Positions 47,202 to 60,274 are shown, counted from the stretch's first letter. The stretch is 64,000 nt of DNA from Dimorphilus gyrociliatus (GCA_904063045.1 CAJFCJ010000016.1:434001-498000); one strand, 5' to 3'. Notes: generated by a model not told the origin, from the letters alone. A program made the numbers and translations.

Positions 47202-48129
47202 TCTTTATTAATATTTTAGACGTTAAATCGTAAAAGAATCTTGTGAACAGGTCGCTCCATTAAACTAATTTATTCTAATCTTTCAATTTTCTTTTGAAAC
47301 TATCTATTTCTGGTTTTCAAAAAAACACAGTGACTCATGCCCAAACTCAGAACATTCCTGTTTATCGCTCAACACCTTGTATACCTTGAATTTACGATAT
47401 GTACTAATGAAAAAGTAGTTTTAAATACTTATGAAAATTTTTAAATATTTTTCTTATATCAATTTGTTAAATTAACTTAAATAAATTTTGCGTCTTTTAT
47501 TAATGTCATTTAAGCTGTTTTTTATTAAACATTATTACCAGTTTTCGGAACAATTTAAATAATATTTAGTTTCCTTCTTCAAGCTATAAAATTGAAAAAT
47601 GACTTATATTCGTGTGATTCTTCGTATCTACTGATAACAGATATTGCTTAATTTATGATAAAAAATCACATGACATTCTCAGCAAATTTCTCAATAATTT
47701 AAAAAGTTGAACAATATTACATTTCTTGTTTGTTTTCCTTTTACTGAACGTTGTGCAAAAAAAGAGAACATTAATAGTATTCTAAATTATTTCCTATTTG
47801 AGTTTTACAATTTTGTTGATTAAAGATTAGTAGAATGTTTTTAAATATACGATAAAAACTCACGTGAACGATAAAGTTATTGTACGGACCGTCTCGTAAA
47901 TTATAAGAGAAGAGTGATAATATAAAATTTTAAAGGTATTTGATGTAATTAAAAACTAGGAATTGGCGTTGAAATCATAAGTATTTTGCAGTAAACTTAT
48001 CAATTTATTAATTACTACAAGGTATTAAATCTTAAGTGACAAAGAAAATACTTTTATGACTATATTAATACATATTTCATTTTGTAAAATATTCTCTCTT
48101 TTCTAATAAAAACTACTTAGATAAAACCA

Positions 48130-49400
48130 ATGGATAAGACGTTTATTCTCACCTTTGTTGCTATACTCGCCCTAACCAATGGAACAATTTATGATTCCGA
48201 TGTTATATGCGAAAAATCCAAAATGATGAGTAATTGTAGTAGCGGATACAAAATGGTGACAGTGTTCAAAGTTGGTTTTCAATGTTGGGAGAAAGTGTGC
48301 AGAAAATGTAACGCAACAGATGCCGATTGTCTTATAGGTGGTACAAGTTTAACTTCACCGCAATCATTAAATTGTCCGTGGTTAGAGTGTTCTTACTGTC
48401 CTTATGGTTATCAACTCGATATAAACGGTTGCCGAACTTGTCATTGTAAGACAAAGAGACCTTGCCTAAGAATCAAATGTAAGCCATGCAAATTTGGTTA
48501 TAAATTAGATAGGTAAAAAATAAATATTTTTCAAAGGTTTAATACAAAATAAACGAAACAGTTACATTTTATTTTATAAACAGGAACGGATGTCAGGGTT
48601 GTCAATGTTTAGAAAAAGAAATACCTTATATGTGTCTAAGAAAATCATCAAGTTTAAAGGTTTGCTACTATCGCAATCCAAAGTTCTTTTATGATCCGCA
48701 ATCGAATCTTTGTTTGCCTCATAAATCTGGGCCATGCGGACATTTTGGATTCTCTAGTCAAAGTGATTGTTTAAATTTTTGCGGTAACGAGTGTAATAAT
48801 GAACGGTGTAATAACACTTGCGAATTTCCTATTTATACTTCGAACAAATGTTCTACTTGCGAATGTGTAAACCGAGATGGTTGTGACGATCTGAAATGTC
48901 CAGAGCGCCATCATTGCTTAATAGAAAAACAATGTAAAAATGGAATATGTATAAATAGCCCTATTTGTCGTCAAAAAATAACATGCAGTAAGAAACTTTC
49001 TTCTCATCTATATCTATCTTTAAAAAGTTTCTATTAATTTAACAATTCTATAGTGATGCATCCATTTAATGAATTATTTGGAAGAACAAGTAGAAGAGGT
49101 ATAATAGCTATAGCTGTTGGACTTGGTCTGGGATTGATAGCCATTGTAACTAGTATATTATTTGTGAGTTGTTTTTTAACTTTATATCTCAGTTAGAGAT
49201 TGATTATGATCTTGAACAAATTTAATTCAGATTATTAAAGTTGCAAGAGGAAGATCTAAAAATAGAAAACAAAATATTTCCATCGTAAGAAAGAAGACTT
49301 TTATCTTATTCTATAAATAGAAACTTTTAAATAATTTTCTTTTTAGGTAACATCTGGAAAATATGTAAAATTGAATGAACAAAAAGTTTCACTGGCCTAG
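48130..49400 (+). CDS. Type-I membrane Cys-rich protein, copy 1 (signal peptide, antistasin-like repeats, degenerate Kunitz-like module, TM, short tail)
   Basis: Signal MDKTFILTFVAILALTNG; C..CPYGYQLDINGCRTCHC repeats; TM GIIAIAVGLGLGLIAIVTSILF; tail VTSGKYVKLNEQKVSLA*. Confidence 0.8.
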
Positions 49401-49978
49401 ATGTTTTCATTTCATCATTAATAAGAATAAATGCAAAGAAACGTTTAATGTTTAATTAATTTAATTAACACTTGTCTTAAATCTATATTTGTGATAAAAA
49501 GGAAAATACAATGAATCATTAATTTAATTAAGAAGCCGTCTACTAAAAAAGATAAGAATTTCAGTAAATGAATTAATGACAATTTCAATTTTCCAATATA
49601 TGCTATCAATCAATAATCATCAAACAATGATAAAAAAGAATTAGTATGATAAAATTATTACAAATATATACTCTATATGATAACAGTATGAATGATATTA
49701 CATTATTAAATTTGAGGCCTCTAGCGGTGCAGGTACAGACAATCTATAATTACTTCCACTGTGATGTCATTTTGTACTTGAAATCACAGAAAATATTTCC
49801 CCAAAAAGGTTTAATTTTCTTAATTGGTTTGTTCATTTAAAGTTTTCGAACGACTTGAATAGTTTTGAATAAATTTTGTTGAATAGACAATAACACAAAA
49901 TTTTCTTTCTTAATCATTCGGAATTTAAGAAGATAAAAGTCTTTAAATATCTCATTAACAAAAGAAATCACAGATATT

Positions 49979-51799
49979 ATGGAAAAGATAATCTTTCTCG
50001 TATTTGCATCTTCACTCTTCGCGAATGCAACAGTTATTTTAGACAAGGATTGTGAAGAAACAGCTAACATTCACACTTGCCAAGAAGGTTATGAGATTGT
50101 TAGCAGTTTTATAGATGAACGAGTGTGCTGGATAAAAAACTGCAGAAAATGTCCTGAAATTGAAATTGGTTGTTTATTTGGTCCATTAACCTTTGAAAAG
50201 AATACTTGTAAACCAAAGTGTAAACCAAATCCTTGCGATGTAAGCGTTTTTGTAATAATTTCATAATTTATTGATTGAAATAATTCTAATTTTAAAATGA
50301 TTATAGGTTGCAAACTGTCCTCCTGGATATGGTTGTCGTCTCAGCTATCGTACCCAAAATGGAATACGCGAATACTATTCAAGATGCTATGAACGAGGTA
50401 TTTATTCTCTCGTATATTGTTAGGATATTATGATTTAATCATTTGTCTGTTTCATCTTCTCTTCCTTCCGCCCCTCCTCCACCTCCATCTCCTCCTCCTC
50501 GTTCTCTTTCTCCTCTTATACTTTTAGAACGTGTTTGCTTTCAACCACACACTAAAGACGACTGTGGAAAGAACATAACTCGCTATTATTATAATGACGA
50601 TGTTAAAGATTGTCTACCGTTTATTGATACTGGTTGTGGGAAAAGTGAAAATAATCATGTAAGCCTACAGTCTTGCCGTAAAAGTTGCTATGGATATAGA
50701 TGTAAGCTATTCCGCTGTCGTTCGTGTCCTCACGGCTATAAATATGATGAAAAGGATTGTCAAACTTGCGAGTGTCTTCCTTCACCTAGAATCTGCTCTA
50801 AAATTAGCTGCAATGTTTGTCCTATAGGTTATAAGAAAGATAGGTGAATATTTGTTTATATTAAGATTATAGATAAAGTGAAAAATGAATTTGAAATATG
50901 CAAATAGATTCGGATGTCAAACTTGCGAATGTCTTGAAGCGCCAATGGCATTGAAATGTATACAGATAGACCAGGAAGGGAAAACTTTTCAGATTGATAA
51001 TCCTAATTACTTTTACGATCGAGTTGATAAAAGAGGTTGTACGGCTGGACCTAGAGGTTACAGTTCGCTTGATGACTGCCAAAAGTCTTGTCAAGGAAGG
51101 ACACCTCTTATATGCAAATCAAAGAAATGTAACAGTATTTGCAAATATCGTGCTATTGATAAGTATGGATGTCCCACATGCGTGTGTCCAAAGGTTGATA
51201 CATGCAAAAATGTGAAATGTGCATCTGGGCACATTTGTAAAATACAAATATTAAATGACGGATTTTACAATGAGATTTTTAAATGCGTGGAAGATGGAGA
51301 GTTTATAGAATATATCGAACAGATAGGACAGATAAAAGATATACCAAGACGCAGTAAGTAAAAGATTTAAATGCTTTTTTTTCTGTATTTTTAAAATACC
51401 TCCGTTTTAAGATATACCATACAGTCCTTTGGAGAAAATTCATAAAAAGATTAAAGAAATAAGCACAAGAAGCTTGATTGCAATAGCTATTGGCTTTGGA
51501 CTTGCCTTGACGGCTGTAATAACAACTATAGTTTTTGTTAGTTATTTTTCAATTTCTTTACATAATTAGAATTATAGATAGTCATCAGTTTTAATTTTAC
51601 TACTTTAGATAATTAAAATTGCTCGAAAAGGAAGATACATTAATGAAAAACCAAAAGTTTCATTCGTATGGAATATTTTTAATAGTTTCGCTTTATAGTA
51701 TAAAGAATATTCTAATTCTTTCTTTTTACTTATCTCTTTTAGATATCATCTGGAAAATATAAAACTCTAAAGAATGATACAAAACATCCATTAGCATAA
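49979..51799 (+). CDS. Type-I membrane antistasin/Kunitz protein, copy 2
   Basis: Signal peptide; Kunitz CFQPHTKDDCGKNITRYYYNDDVKDCLPFIDTGC..NNHVSLQSCRKSC; antistasin repeats; TM; tail ISSGKYKTLKNDTKHPLA*. Confidence 0.82.
50144..50771 (+). repeat. 628-bp near-identical segment, copy A (partner 53231..53858)
   Basis: Constant 3087-bp offset; about 4 substitutions seen by eye; includes two introns. Confidence 0.9.
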
Positions 51800-53059
51800 C
51801 TTCTCTTTATCAGGAGTAATTAATATTAACAAGTTTTTCAAGGGAATAATGACTATGTCTTTATCTAATTTGTTAATTGGATATTTATGTATTTTTACGT
51901 CTGGTTCATGGCTATTTTCCAATTATGTGTTTATATTCAATATTTAATATTATTCTCTAGGAAGATGGAATTTCTTAACCCTGCAAATATGTATTTAAAA
52001 TTTACGAAAGTATACACAAATCTATGTCTTACTTTATATAAAGTATTAGTACATTAAATATAATATATGTTAAGGAGACGACACTCTCTCTCTCTTCCGT
52101 TCATTGTACATGCTTTGCTCTCTGTATCAATATCATAACTGCAGAGACATTCGAATATTAGAGCTATCTATAATATCGCTCAACAAATTAATATTTTTAT
52201 AGCTTGTTACTATTTATACACAGGGTAGTCGTCTTATAATAGTTGTAGATTACACTCAATAGTCAACCATTTTCATAACATATATCAGTTAATTAATTTA
52301 CGATATATATTGTTATTGTTTAGTTAACCAGTTTTCAAGGAAGATCTTTTTCGTTCTTTGAAATCCTAAGAATACACAATGGAATTTAAATACAGATTTT
52401 TATCGGTGAATAAGGCATAGAAATTTTTTTATTGTTTAGTTGAAGGAATTTTCATTGCCTGATCAATTTTTAAAAAAGTTGTTGAACATTACAATAGCAG
52501 ATTATTACTGTTCAATCTTTTTTATATAAGTCTTTGAATAGCAATACATTGTGAAGTTTAAAAATAATTCAATTGATGGGAAAAAAATAATATTTTGTAT
52601 TAAAAATTTTGTAAATAAAACTTGACAAACCACAAATATTAATTAAGGGAAATAATACGCGCAGAGCGATATTATATATGAGATTGACGAGACATCTGGC
52701 GGTACCAGGCAGTGACGAAGATAACTTAATCCATATATTTATAAAGGTAGTGACAGGCTGTGTCTGTAAACACTCATTTTAGAAGCAATTGGTGAACGTT
52801 TATACTTTTATTTCTTTTATTCGATTCTTAATACAAGGTATGACATAATTTCTTTCACGTATCTCTTATCTTTCACTCAGGTTACTATCACTTATAAAGT
52901 CTTATCAAATATTTCTAATATTGAAGTATTCTTCCTTAAAAATTTGAAAGTAAAGGAATAACAAAAAACGATTGTTTACAGTCAAGTTAATTAGAAAATA
53001 ACCATTTAAAACTAAAATATAGTTTTTCATATATAGAACCAATATATATCGCTGATACT

Positions 53060-54829
53060 ATGGAGAAGATAATCCTTCTTGTATTCACTTCGGTACTCAT
53101 CTTTGGTGTGAGTCCCACAGTAATGTTGGACAAAGATTGCGAAGAAACAGCTAACGTTCACACTTGCAAAGAAGGTTATGAGCTTGTTTTTACTTTTATG
53201 AAAGAACGTCGATGTTGGATGAATAATTGTAGAAAATGTCCTGAAATTGAAATTGGTTGTTCATTTGGTCCATTAACCTTTGAAAAGAATACTTGTAAAC
53301 CAAAATGTAAACCAAATCCTTGCGATGTAAGCGTTTTTGTAATAATTTCATAATTTATTGATTGAAATAATTCTAATTTTAAAATGATTATAGGTTGCAA
53401 ACTGTCCTCCTGGATATGGTTGTCGTCTCAGCTATCGTACCCAAAATGGAATACGCGAATACTATTCAAGATGCTATGAACGAGGTATTTATTCTCTCGT
53501 ATATTGTTAGGATATTATGATTTAATCATTTGTCTGTTTCATCTTCTCTTCCTTCCGCCCCTCCTCCACCTCCATCTCCTCCTCCTCGTTCTCTTTCTCC
53601 TCTTATACTTTTAGAACGTGTTTGCTTTCAACCACACACTAAAGACGACTGTGGAAAGAACATAACTCGCTATTATTATAATGACGATGTTAAAGATTGT
53701 CTACCGTTTATTGATACTGGTTGTGGGAAAAGTGAAAATAATCATGTAAGCCTACAGTCTTGCCGTAAAAGTTGCTATGGATATAGATGTAAGCTATTCC
53801 GCTGTCGTTCTTGTCCTCACGGCTACAAATATGATGAAAAGGATTGTCAAACTTGCGAATGCCTTAAAGAGCCAATGCCATATAAATGTCTAAAGTTCAA
53901 GTGTACACCTTGTCCCAATGGTTATAAAATTGATAAAAATGGCTGTCAAACTTGTGAATGCCTTAAAAAACCAAAACCATTTGAATGTCCAATGTTCAAA
54001 TGTATACCTTGTTCCCATGGTTATAAAATTGACGAAAATGGCTGTCAAACTTGCGAATGTTTGCCGTCACATAGGATTTGTCCTATGGTTAATTGCCTTC
54101 CTTGCGATTTCAGCTATGAGAAAGACAAGTAAGTATAATAACAAATTTTGATTAGAGATGGTGAATTTGAATTTTCTCAATAGATACGGATGTCAAACTT
54201 GCCGTTGTGTGAAGCCAACTAAAGCTATCTGCGAATATAAGAAATGTAATAATACATGTAAATATAATGTCTACACTTCAGATGAATGTCCCACTTGTGA
54301 ATGCGCAGAGAGAGACCTTTGTGCAAATGTGAAATGTGCAGAAAACAATTTTTGCATGATACAAAAACGATGTACAAACGGAGTTTGTAAACATGACTTC
54401 CAATGTCTTAAAACATCAATATGTAGTAAGGAATTTTTTGTCATTTTTTTCCATTTTAAAATATTCACTCTATTTACTATTTAAATAGTCTTTCCCTGGA
54501 TTAGTCATAAAGTACTAACGAAATGGGGTCTTATTGGTCTAATTATTGGAAGTTGTGCTATAACGATAGTCTTTTTAATAGCTGTGGTATTGGTAAGTTT
54601 TTCTCTTATTGTTATATCAGTCACATAAAATTATATATGAACTTTAATTAACTATTCAAGATAATTAAAATGGCCAAGAGAAAGAGAAGTGTAAGGAAGG
54701 AAGTAGAAAAAACTGAATCGGTAAGTAAAATTATAAGTTACTATTAATTAATTAATTATATCTTTCGTTTAGGTTTCAAGCGGCAAGTACAAATGTTTAA
54801 AGGATGAAATGAAAGTTCCATTAGCCTGA
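53060..54829 (+). CDS. Type-I membrane antistasin/Kunitz protein, copy 3 (expanded antistasin repeats)
   Basis: Signal peptide; the same Kunitz domain as copy 2; several C..CPxGYKIDxNGCQTCEC units; TM WGLIGLIIGSCAITIVFLIAVVL; tail VSSGKYKCLKDEMKVPLA*. Confidence 0.82.
53231..53858 (+). repeat. 628-bp near-identical segment, copy B (partner 50144..50771)
   Basis: Direct comparison; the track ORFs 50443 and 53530 are identical over their shared part. Confidence 0.9.
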
Positions 54830-56235
54830 AACTTTTAAAAAACAATTTGGCTATAAGGACAAAATTCAGCTTAATTGCTTATTGGTAATCAGTACAATAT
54901 ATTCTATCTTGCATATCTCTTAACTGTGTTGTCTAACTTGATAATTTATAAAGAAGCTTGAAGTTTGATTATAAACGAGATCTGTGTTTTTTTTTATTGT
55001 AGATTTGATCTGTTTAACGAATATATAAAGTCAATACACATCTTTGGTATTAACCTCTTAAACAGTAGATGATTTTATCTGCATTTCATTATAGAACATT
55101 ATATGTAAATAGTGAAAGGAGAAATTCGAATAATTGTATCAATTTAAAAAGCCTATATTTTTTTCTACAGCTTCAATAGCACTCTTTAATTTCCCCTTAT
55201 TATTTTTATGATAAGATTGCTCGTCTACAGTATATAAATCATTCAAAGGAAACATTGAGGACAAGTTGTGTCATAACGACATAAATATAGATGTTTTTCT
55301 TTGTTTTTTATATAACTTTTGAGGAATTGGTTAAACTTTTGGTTTGATTTCGTTTTGGGAAGTTAGCTTTAAAATGGAAAATACAAATACACAGTAATAT
55401 AAACATTGATTGAATTAAAATTGAAAAGAGCCTTCAACGTAAACACTACAAAAGAATAGTGTACTATGACATAATTATTAAGGGATTTACTATTATGAAT
55501 ATATATACATAGATAAAGATAATGAAGAAATTAGTCTCTTATATACTGACACACCATAAGTTTATAAATATATGGCAAATTATTGATTAAATCATTAGAA
55601 ATCCTATTTTCTTTATTAAATATTTTAGTTTTTCAACATAATTGTAAATTGGATAGATAGATAAAAGAATGATACGGGTATTTATTCACATAAAGCGAGC
55701 TTTTCTGGAAGACGTGTTGAATTATTTAAGGTTATTTCGGAGAAACGACTATGAAGGGTTAGATGGCGCTGTCTTAACAATATGTGAATATTGTTCATTA
55801 ATATACGTTTTAGGCGCTTCAGAGAAGCTATAACATTAAAGTAAGGTTTTGTTTTCTCACACATTTGTAGAATATATCTGAAATACTATGATTTATACGA
55901 TAAATGTTCGTTGCTTTGCAAATTTCAAACGGATCTTTTTTTTCGATAATCGCTCAAAAGACTCTTGATCAATGATTTAATCATTTTTTGAACAGTTGTA
56001 CATGTACATGTGATAAATTAAAAAACGTCTAACAACGTTAAGTTTACTGTTGGATATTTTTCAAAATAGCACGAAAAGATAAAGTGAATAATCGTAAGAG
56101 ATCGACATAAAGGATAATTATCGTTTATCTCGACCAAACTACCATAATTCGCAAATCCCTGTATAGACGATATTGTGTACAATTAATTCTTATTATAAAT
56201 TATTATAATGTTTTTATTCTCATGAAAATGTAGTC

Positions 56236-59200
56236 ATGATCATGGCTGAATGTGGAATGAGAGTTGTGAGAGGTGTAGATTGGAAATGGAAAGATCAGGA
56301 TAATGGTGAAGGATCTGTTGGAACAATAGTAGAAATAGGAAAAAATGGAAGTAACTCTTCTCCTGATAAGACCGTTGTAGTTCACTGGGATTGCTCAACA
56401 AGGACAAATTATAGAACCGGTTACCAAGGATTCTATGATTTGCGATTGATTGAAAACGCAACAATAGGTATTTTATTTAAATGAGTTAACATATTCCTTT
56501 ATCCCAAAGCAAAGCTTTCTTTTGTATATAAAGCAAACAAATTTTAAAATTATCGAATTTTTATATATACCATCTAGTTCTTACTTTCGCTTTGATCTAT
56601 ATTAAATTATAATACATTATAACGGAAATAAATGTTCCTTTCTTTATCTGGCGCAGGTGTTCGACATACAAATATACTTTGTAAAGAATGTACAAAAAGT
56701 GTGGATGAATCTAAACAACGAGGTATCGAAGGCATGAGATTCAAATGTATTAAATGTCCCGATGTCAACCTCTGCATAGAATGTTATATGATGGATAAGC
56801 ACGACATTAATCATTCATTTTTGAGATTTGTTGATTCAAAGAGCAGTGGAGTTAAAGTAGGAAAGAGAACGGGTGCTGTTAAAAAAATTGCTAAAGGAGT
56901 ATTTCCTGGAGCAAGAGTAGTGAGAGGAATAGATTGGGATTGGGGCGACCAAGATGGTAAATTATTGATATTGTTTCTTTTTTCTCCAAAACCGTGTCTA
57001 GTTTAAGAGATATGTCGATAAATAACTATTCAACAAAGCTATTTATAGAAAACTGCAATTAAACAGTTCAATTAGTACAGTAAACCAATAGCCGATTTTA
57101 TGCTATTAAACAGGCAATATAATCCCTCGACCCAGTTAATTATTTCAATTAATACTTGAAGAAAACGAGTGCTCTTTTCTCACCGATAAAATTATTATTA
57201 ATCCTTCATAGTTTCCTAGTCAATTCATAATGGCGTGCAATGCTATTGTCCGAATTTCAAATAAAGAATTTTAACTCCGTATTTAATGAATTACATAAAA
57301 AACGTAATTTATTCCCTGTACCAGTTTAGTCATCACGTTCAGGATGTGACGATTGTTCTTGTATAAAACTATAAAATAACAATATTTATTTTATGATTTT
57401 TTTTTAAGAGAACTATTATCAAAGAAACTATTGAAACTTGTTTAAATAAAGCTAGGAATTAGTATTATAATATTGTATATAAAATTATTATCAATACTGG
57501 AAATATTTACTGGCATCATATTTTTTTATATTCTGTATATACAGTATAACTATATCTCATGTTTTATCATTTTGCTATTAAATTCGGCTGCTTTTAGTAA
57601 CTTTTCTTTTCGTTTTTGTTTAGGAAAACAAGAAGGAACAGTAATAGATATTAGAGGTTGGGAAAGTGAAAGCTCTCGATCAGTCGCTAACGTTAAATGG
57701 GACAACGACGTTACGAACGTTTATAGGATGGGTCATAAAGCGAAAGTTGATTTAACGTGTATAAAAGAAGCTCCATGGATAGATTATTATCCTTCTCATT
57801 TACCGAGCGTTGGAGGTAAGAATATCGAATTGGAAATAAAATGTTAATATGTAGAGTTATTCAGTGCATTTAAGCTTTTTCGTTTATTTAAGATATCAGA
57901 GACGATTTAAAATCGTCATCATGCAGATTTCAAGTTGGTAATCAAGTGAGAGTAGATTTAGATATTGAAGTATTAAAAATGATGCAGGACGGTCATGGCG
58001 GCTGGAATCCCAGAATGGGAGAAGTATGTTTATTGCTATTACTCATCATCTGAGTGAAAAATAATCTTGTATTTTTACAATCAGTACTTAGGAAAAGTAG
58101 GAATTGTACATAGAATTACAGACAAAGGTGATATAAGAGTTCAGTATCCTGATATTCAAAATCGTTGGACATTTCATCCGGATGCTCTTACTCTAGTCAG
58201 TGTTTCTAATCGATTTAAAACAAACGACGTGGTCGAAATAAACAACGACATGAGAATAGTGAAACAATTTCAGAAAGGACACGGTGAATGGACAGATCAA
58301 ATGATTCAAGTAAATTATTTTTTGTTTATCTTATTCATTTATTAATTAGAATAAAACTATCTATTTAGGCATTAGGGAAAAGGGGTAGAGTTCTAAAAGT
58401 TTATGCAGATGGCGATCTAAGAGTGAAGGTTGATGACCAAAATTGGACATTTAATCCATCGAATGTGAAATTAGTAAAACTCGATGAAAGTGTCCAACAA
58501 GATAGATGTTCTGAAACAAGTTCACACGGAGGTAAAAATGAAAATTCTCTCTCTTTTCTCATAAATTATATAAATTAAATTTGATTTATTAGAAATGGCT
58601 CTAAGAGAAAAATTCTTCAAAGCTATTAGCTCTTCTAATATAGCTATAATTCGTGATATAACGCAACAATCTCCAAATATAGTAAGTAGTAATTTCTTTT
58701 CATTCATCACAATAAATCTATTCATTCTCTCTTTCGAAATTTAGGTCAATTCAATTAATAAAAACTCCAATACTCCTCTTCACGAAGGTTTGTAATATAA
58801 TTCAATCATTTTGATATATTTATACATATTTATATACAAAAAAATGTTTTCTATACTTTAGTATCCATTACGGGAAATGTAGAAATATGCTCTTTACTAT
58901 TGGAAGCTGGTGCTGATGTAAATAAACAAAACGAAGAAGGAAGCACACCTCTTCACCTCGCATTATATAACAGTAGACTGGAAATATGTCAAATCTTATT
59001 AGATAAGAATGCTGCTCTCGATAAAGTGAATAAAGAACAGAGTACTCCTTTGCATATAGCTGTTGAAAAGAATTCTCCAGATCTAGTTAGAATTCTTGTC
59101 GATAAATTTCCAAAAGCAATGAATATGAGGGTAGGTTAATTATATTTTGATTATTTTCCAACAATATGTATACTTATCTATTTATTTTTATGTATATAGG

Positions 59201-60274
59201 ATGGATTGATGAACACTCCTCTTCATAATTCACTTATGAAAGATTATCGGAAAATTGCCAATTTCCTATTAGCTCAACAATGCGCTGATATGAGTTTGTC
59301 AAATCAAAAAAACTTTAATTCTTTGCATATAAGCTCTTTAAAGGGTAATATCACTGCAACAAAGACGATATGCGAGCACAAACCTGTATTATTAAATAAG
59401 CAAAAGGATGATGGATTTACACCGTTACACCTTGCCTCTTTAAACGGACATTTTACAATAGTTGAATTCCTCGTTCAAAAGGGGGCCGATATTAAAATTG
59501 AGAATAAAAAGAAACAAAATGCACTCATGTTGGCTTGTTCGCAAGGACATATCAAAGTAGCTCATTTCCTAATAACGAATGGGGCAAGTATCGATGAAAA
59601 GGATGATAGAGGAGATACATGCCTTCATATGGCACTGAATTCACAATCACAACAGAAAATGAATTCGCTAAGGTCAAATGTAACAACGGATAGTTGGATG
59701 AAATTAAAAGTAATCAAATATTTATATCTATTCTCTATACACCTTTTTTTTTTTCCTATTATAGGACGATTTGAACTTGTCTGATTATTCAGGACCGGAG
59801 AATTTACTTCTAGCGTGCTATTTAGTGAAAAATGGCTGTAATTTAGATGTAAAAAATTCATCTGGACATACTCCTATGCATAAACTAAATGAAAAATCAC
59901 AAAAAATTATTTCGAAATACGCCAAAGTATGTCGTATTTGTGAGGAAACAAGGCCCGATGTAACGTTGGAGCCTTGTAATCATAAGATAACTTGTTTCGA
60001 TTGCTCTAAAAAACTGAAAACTTGTTTAGAATGTCATGTTAAAATTACATCAAAGGTTCACGATAATTTAGAAAGAGAGATGAACGAAAATATCGATTAT
60101 TATAAAGAAAAAATAAGAAGTCTAGAAGATACAATAACTTGTAATATATGTATGGAACGAGAGAAAAATATAACTTTTATGTGCGGTCATCAAGCCTGTT
60201 CCATTTGTTCAACACCTTTAAAATCCTGCCATATTTGCAGAAAACCAATAACAAAGAAGATAAATACCTTTTAA
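56236..60274 (+). CDS. MIB2: Mind bomb family E3 ubiquitin ligase (MZM-REP-ankyrin-2xRING), MIB2-like, multi-exon
   Basis: GMRVVRGVDWKWKDQD.GEG..GT..DKTVVVHWD..TRTNYRTGYQG, a ZZ finger, a second Mib-Herc2 domain, Mib repeats, ankyrins (KDDGFTPLHLASLNGH) and two C-terminal RINGs (MIB1 has three). Confidence 0.87.

Noticed and set aside
50443-50527. Pro-rich N-terminus MSVSSSLPSAPPPPPSPPP of ORFs 50443 and 53530
   Set aside because: It is the intronic pyrimidine tract read through to the acceptor at about 50527/53614, not part of the protein.
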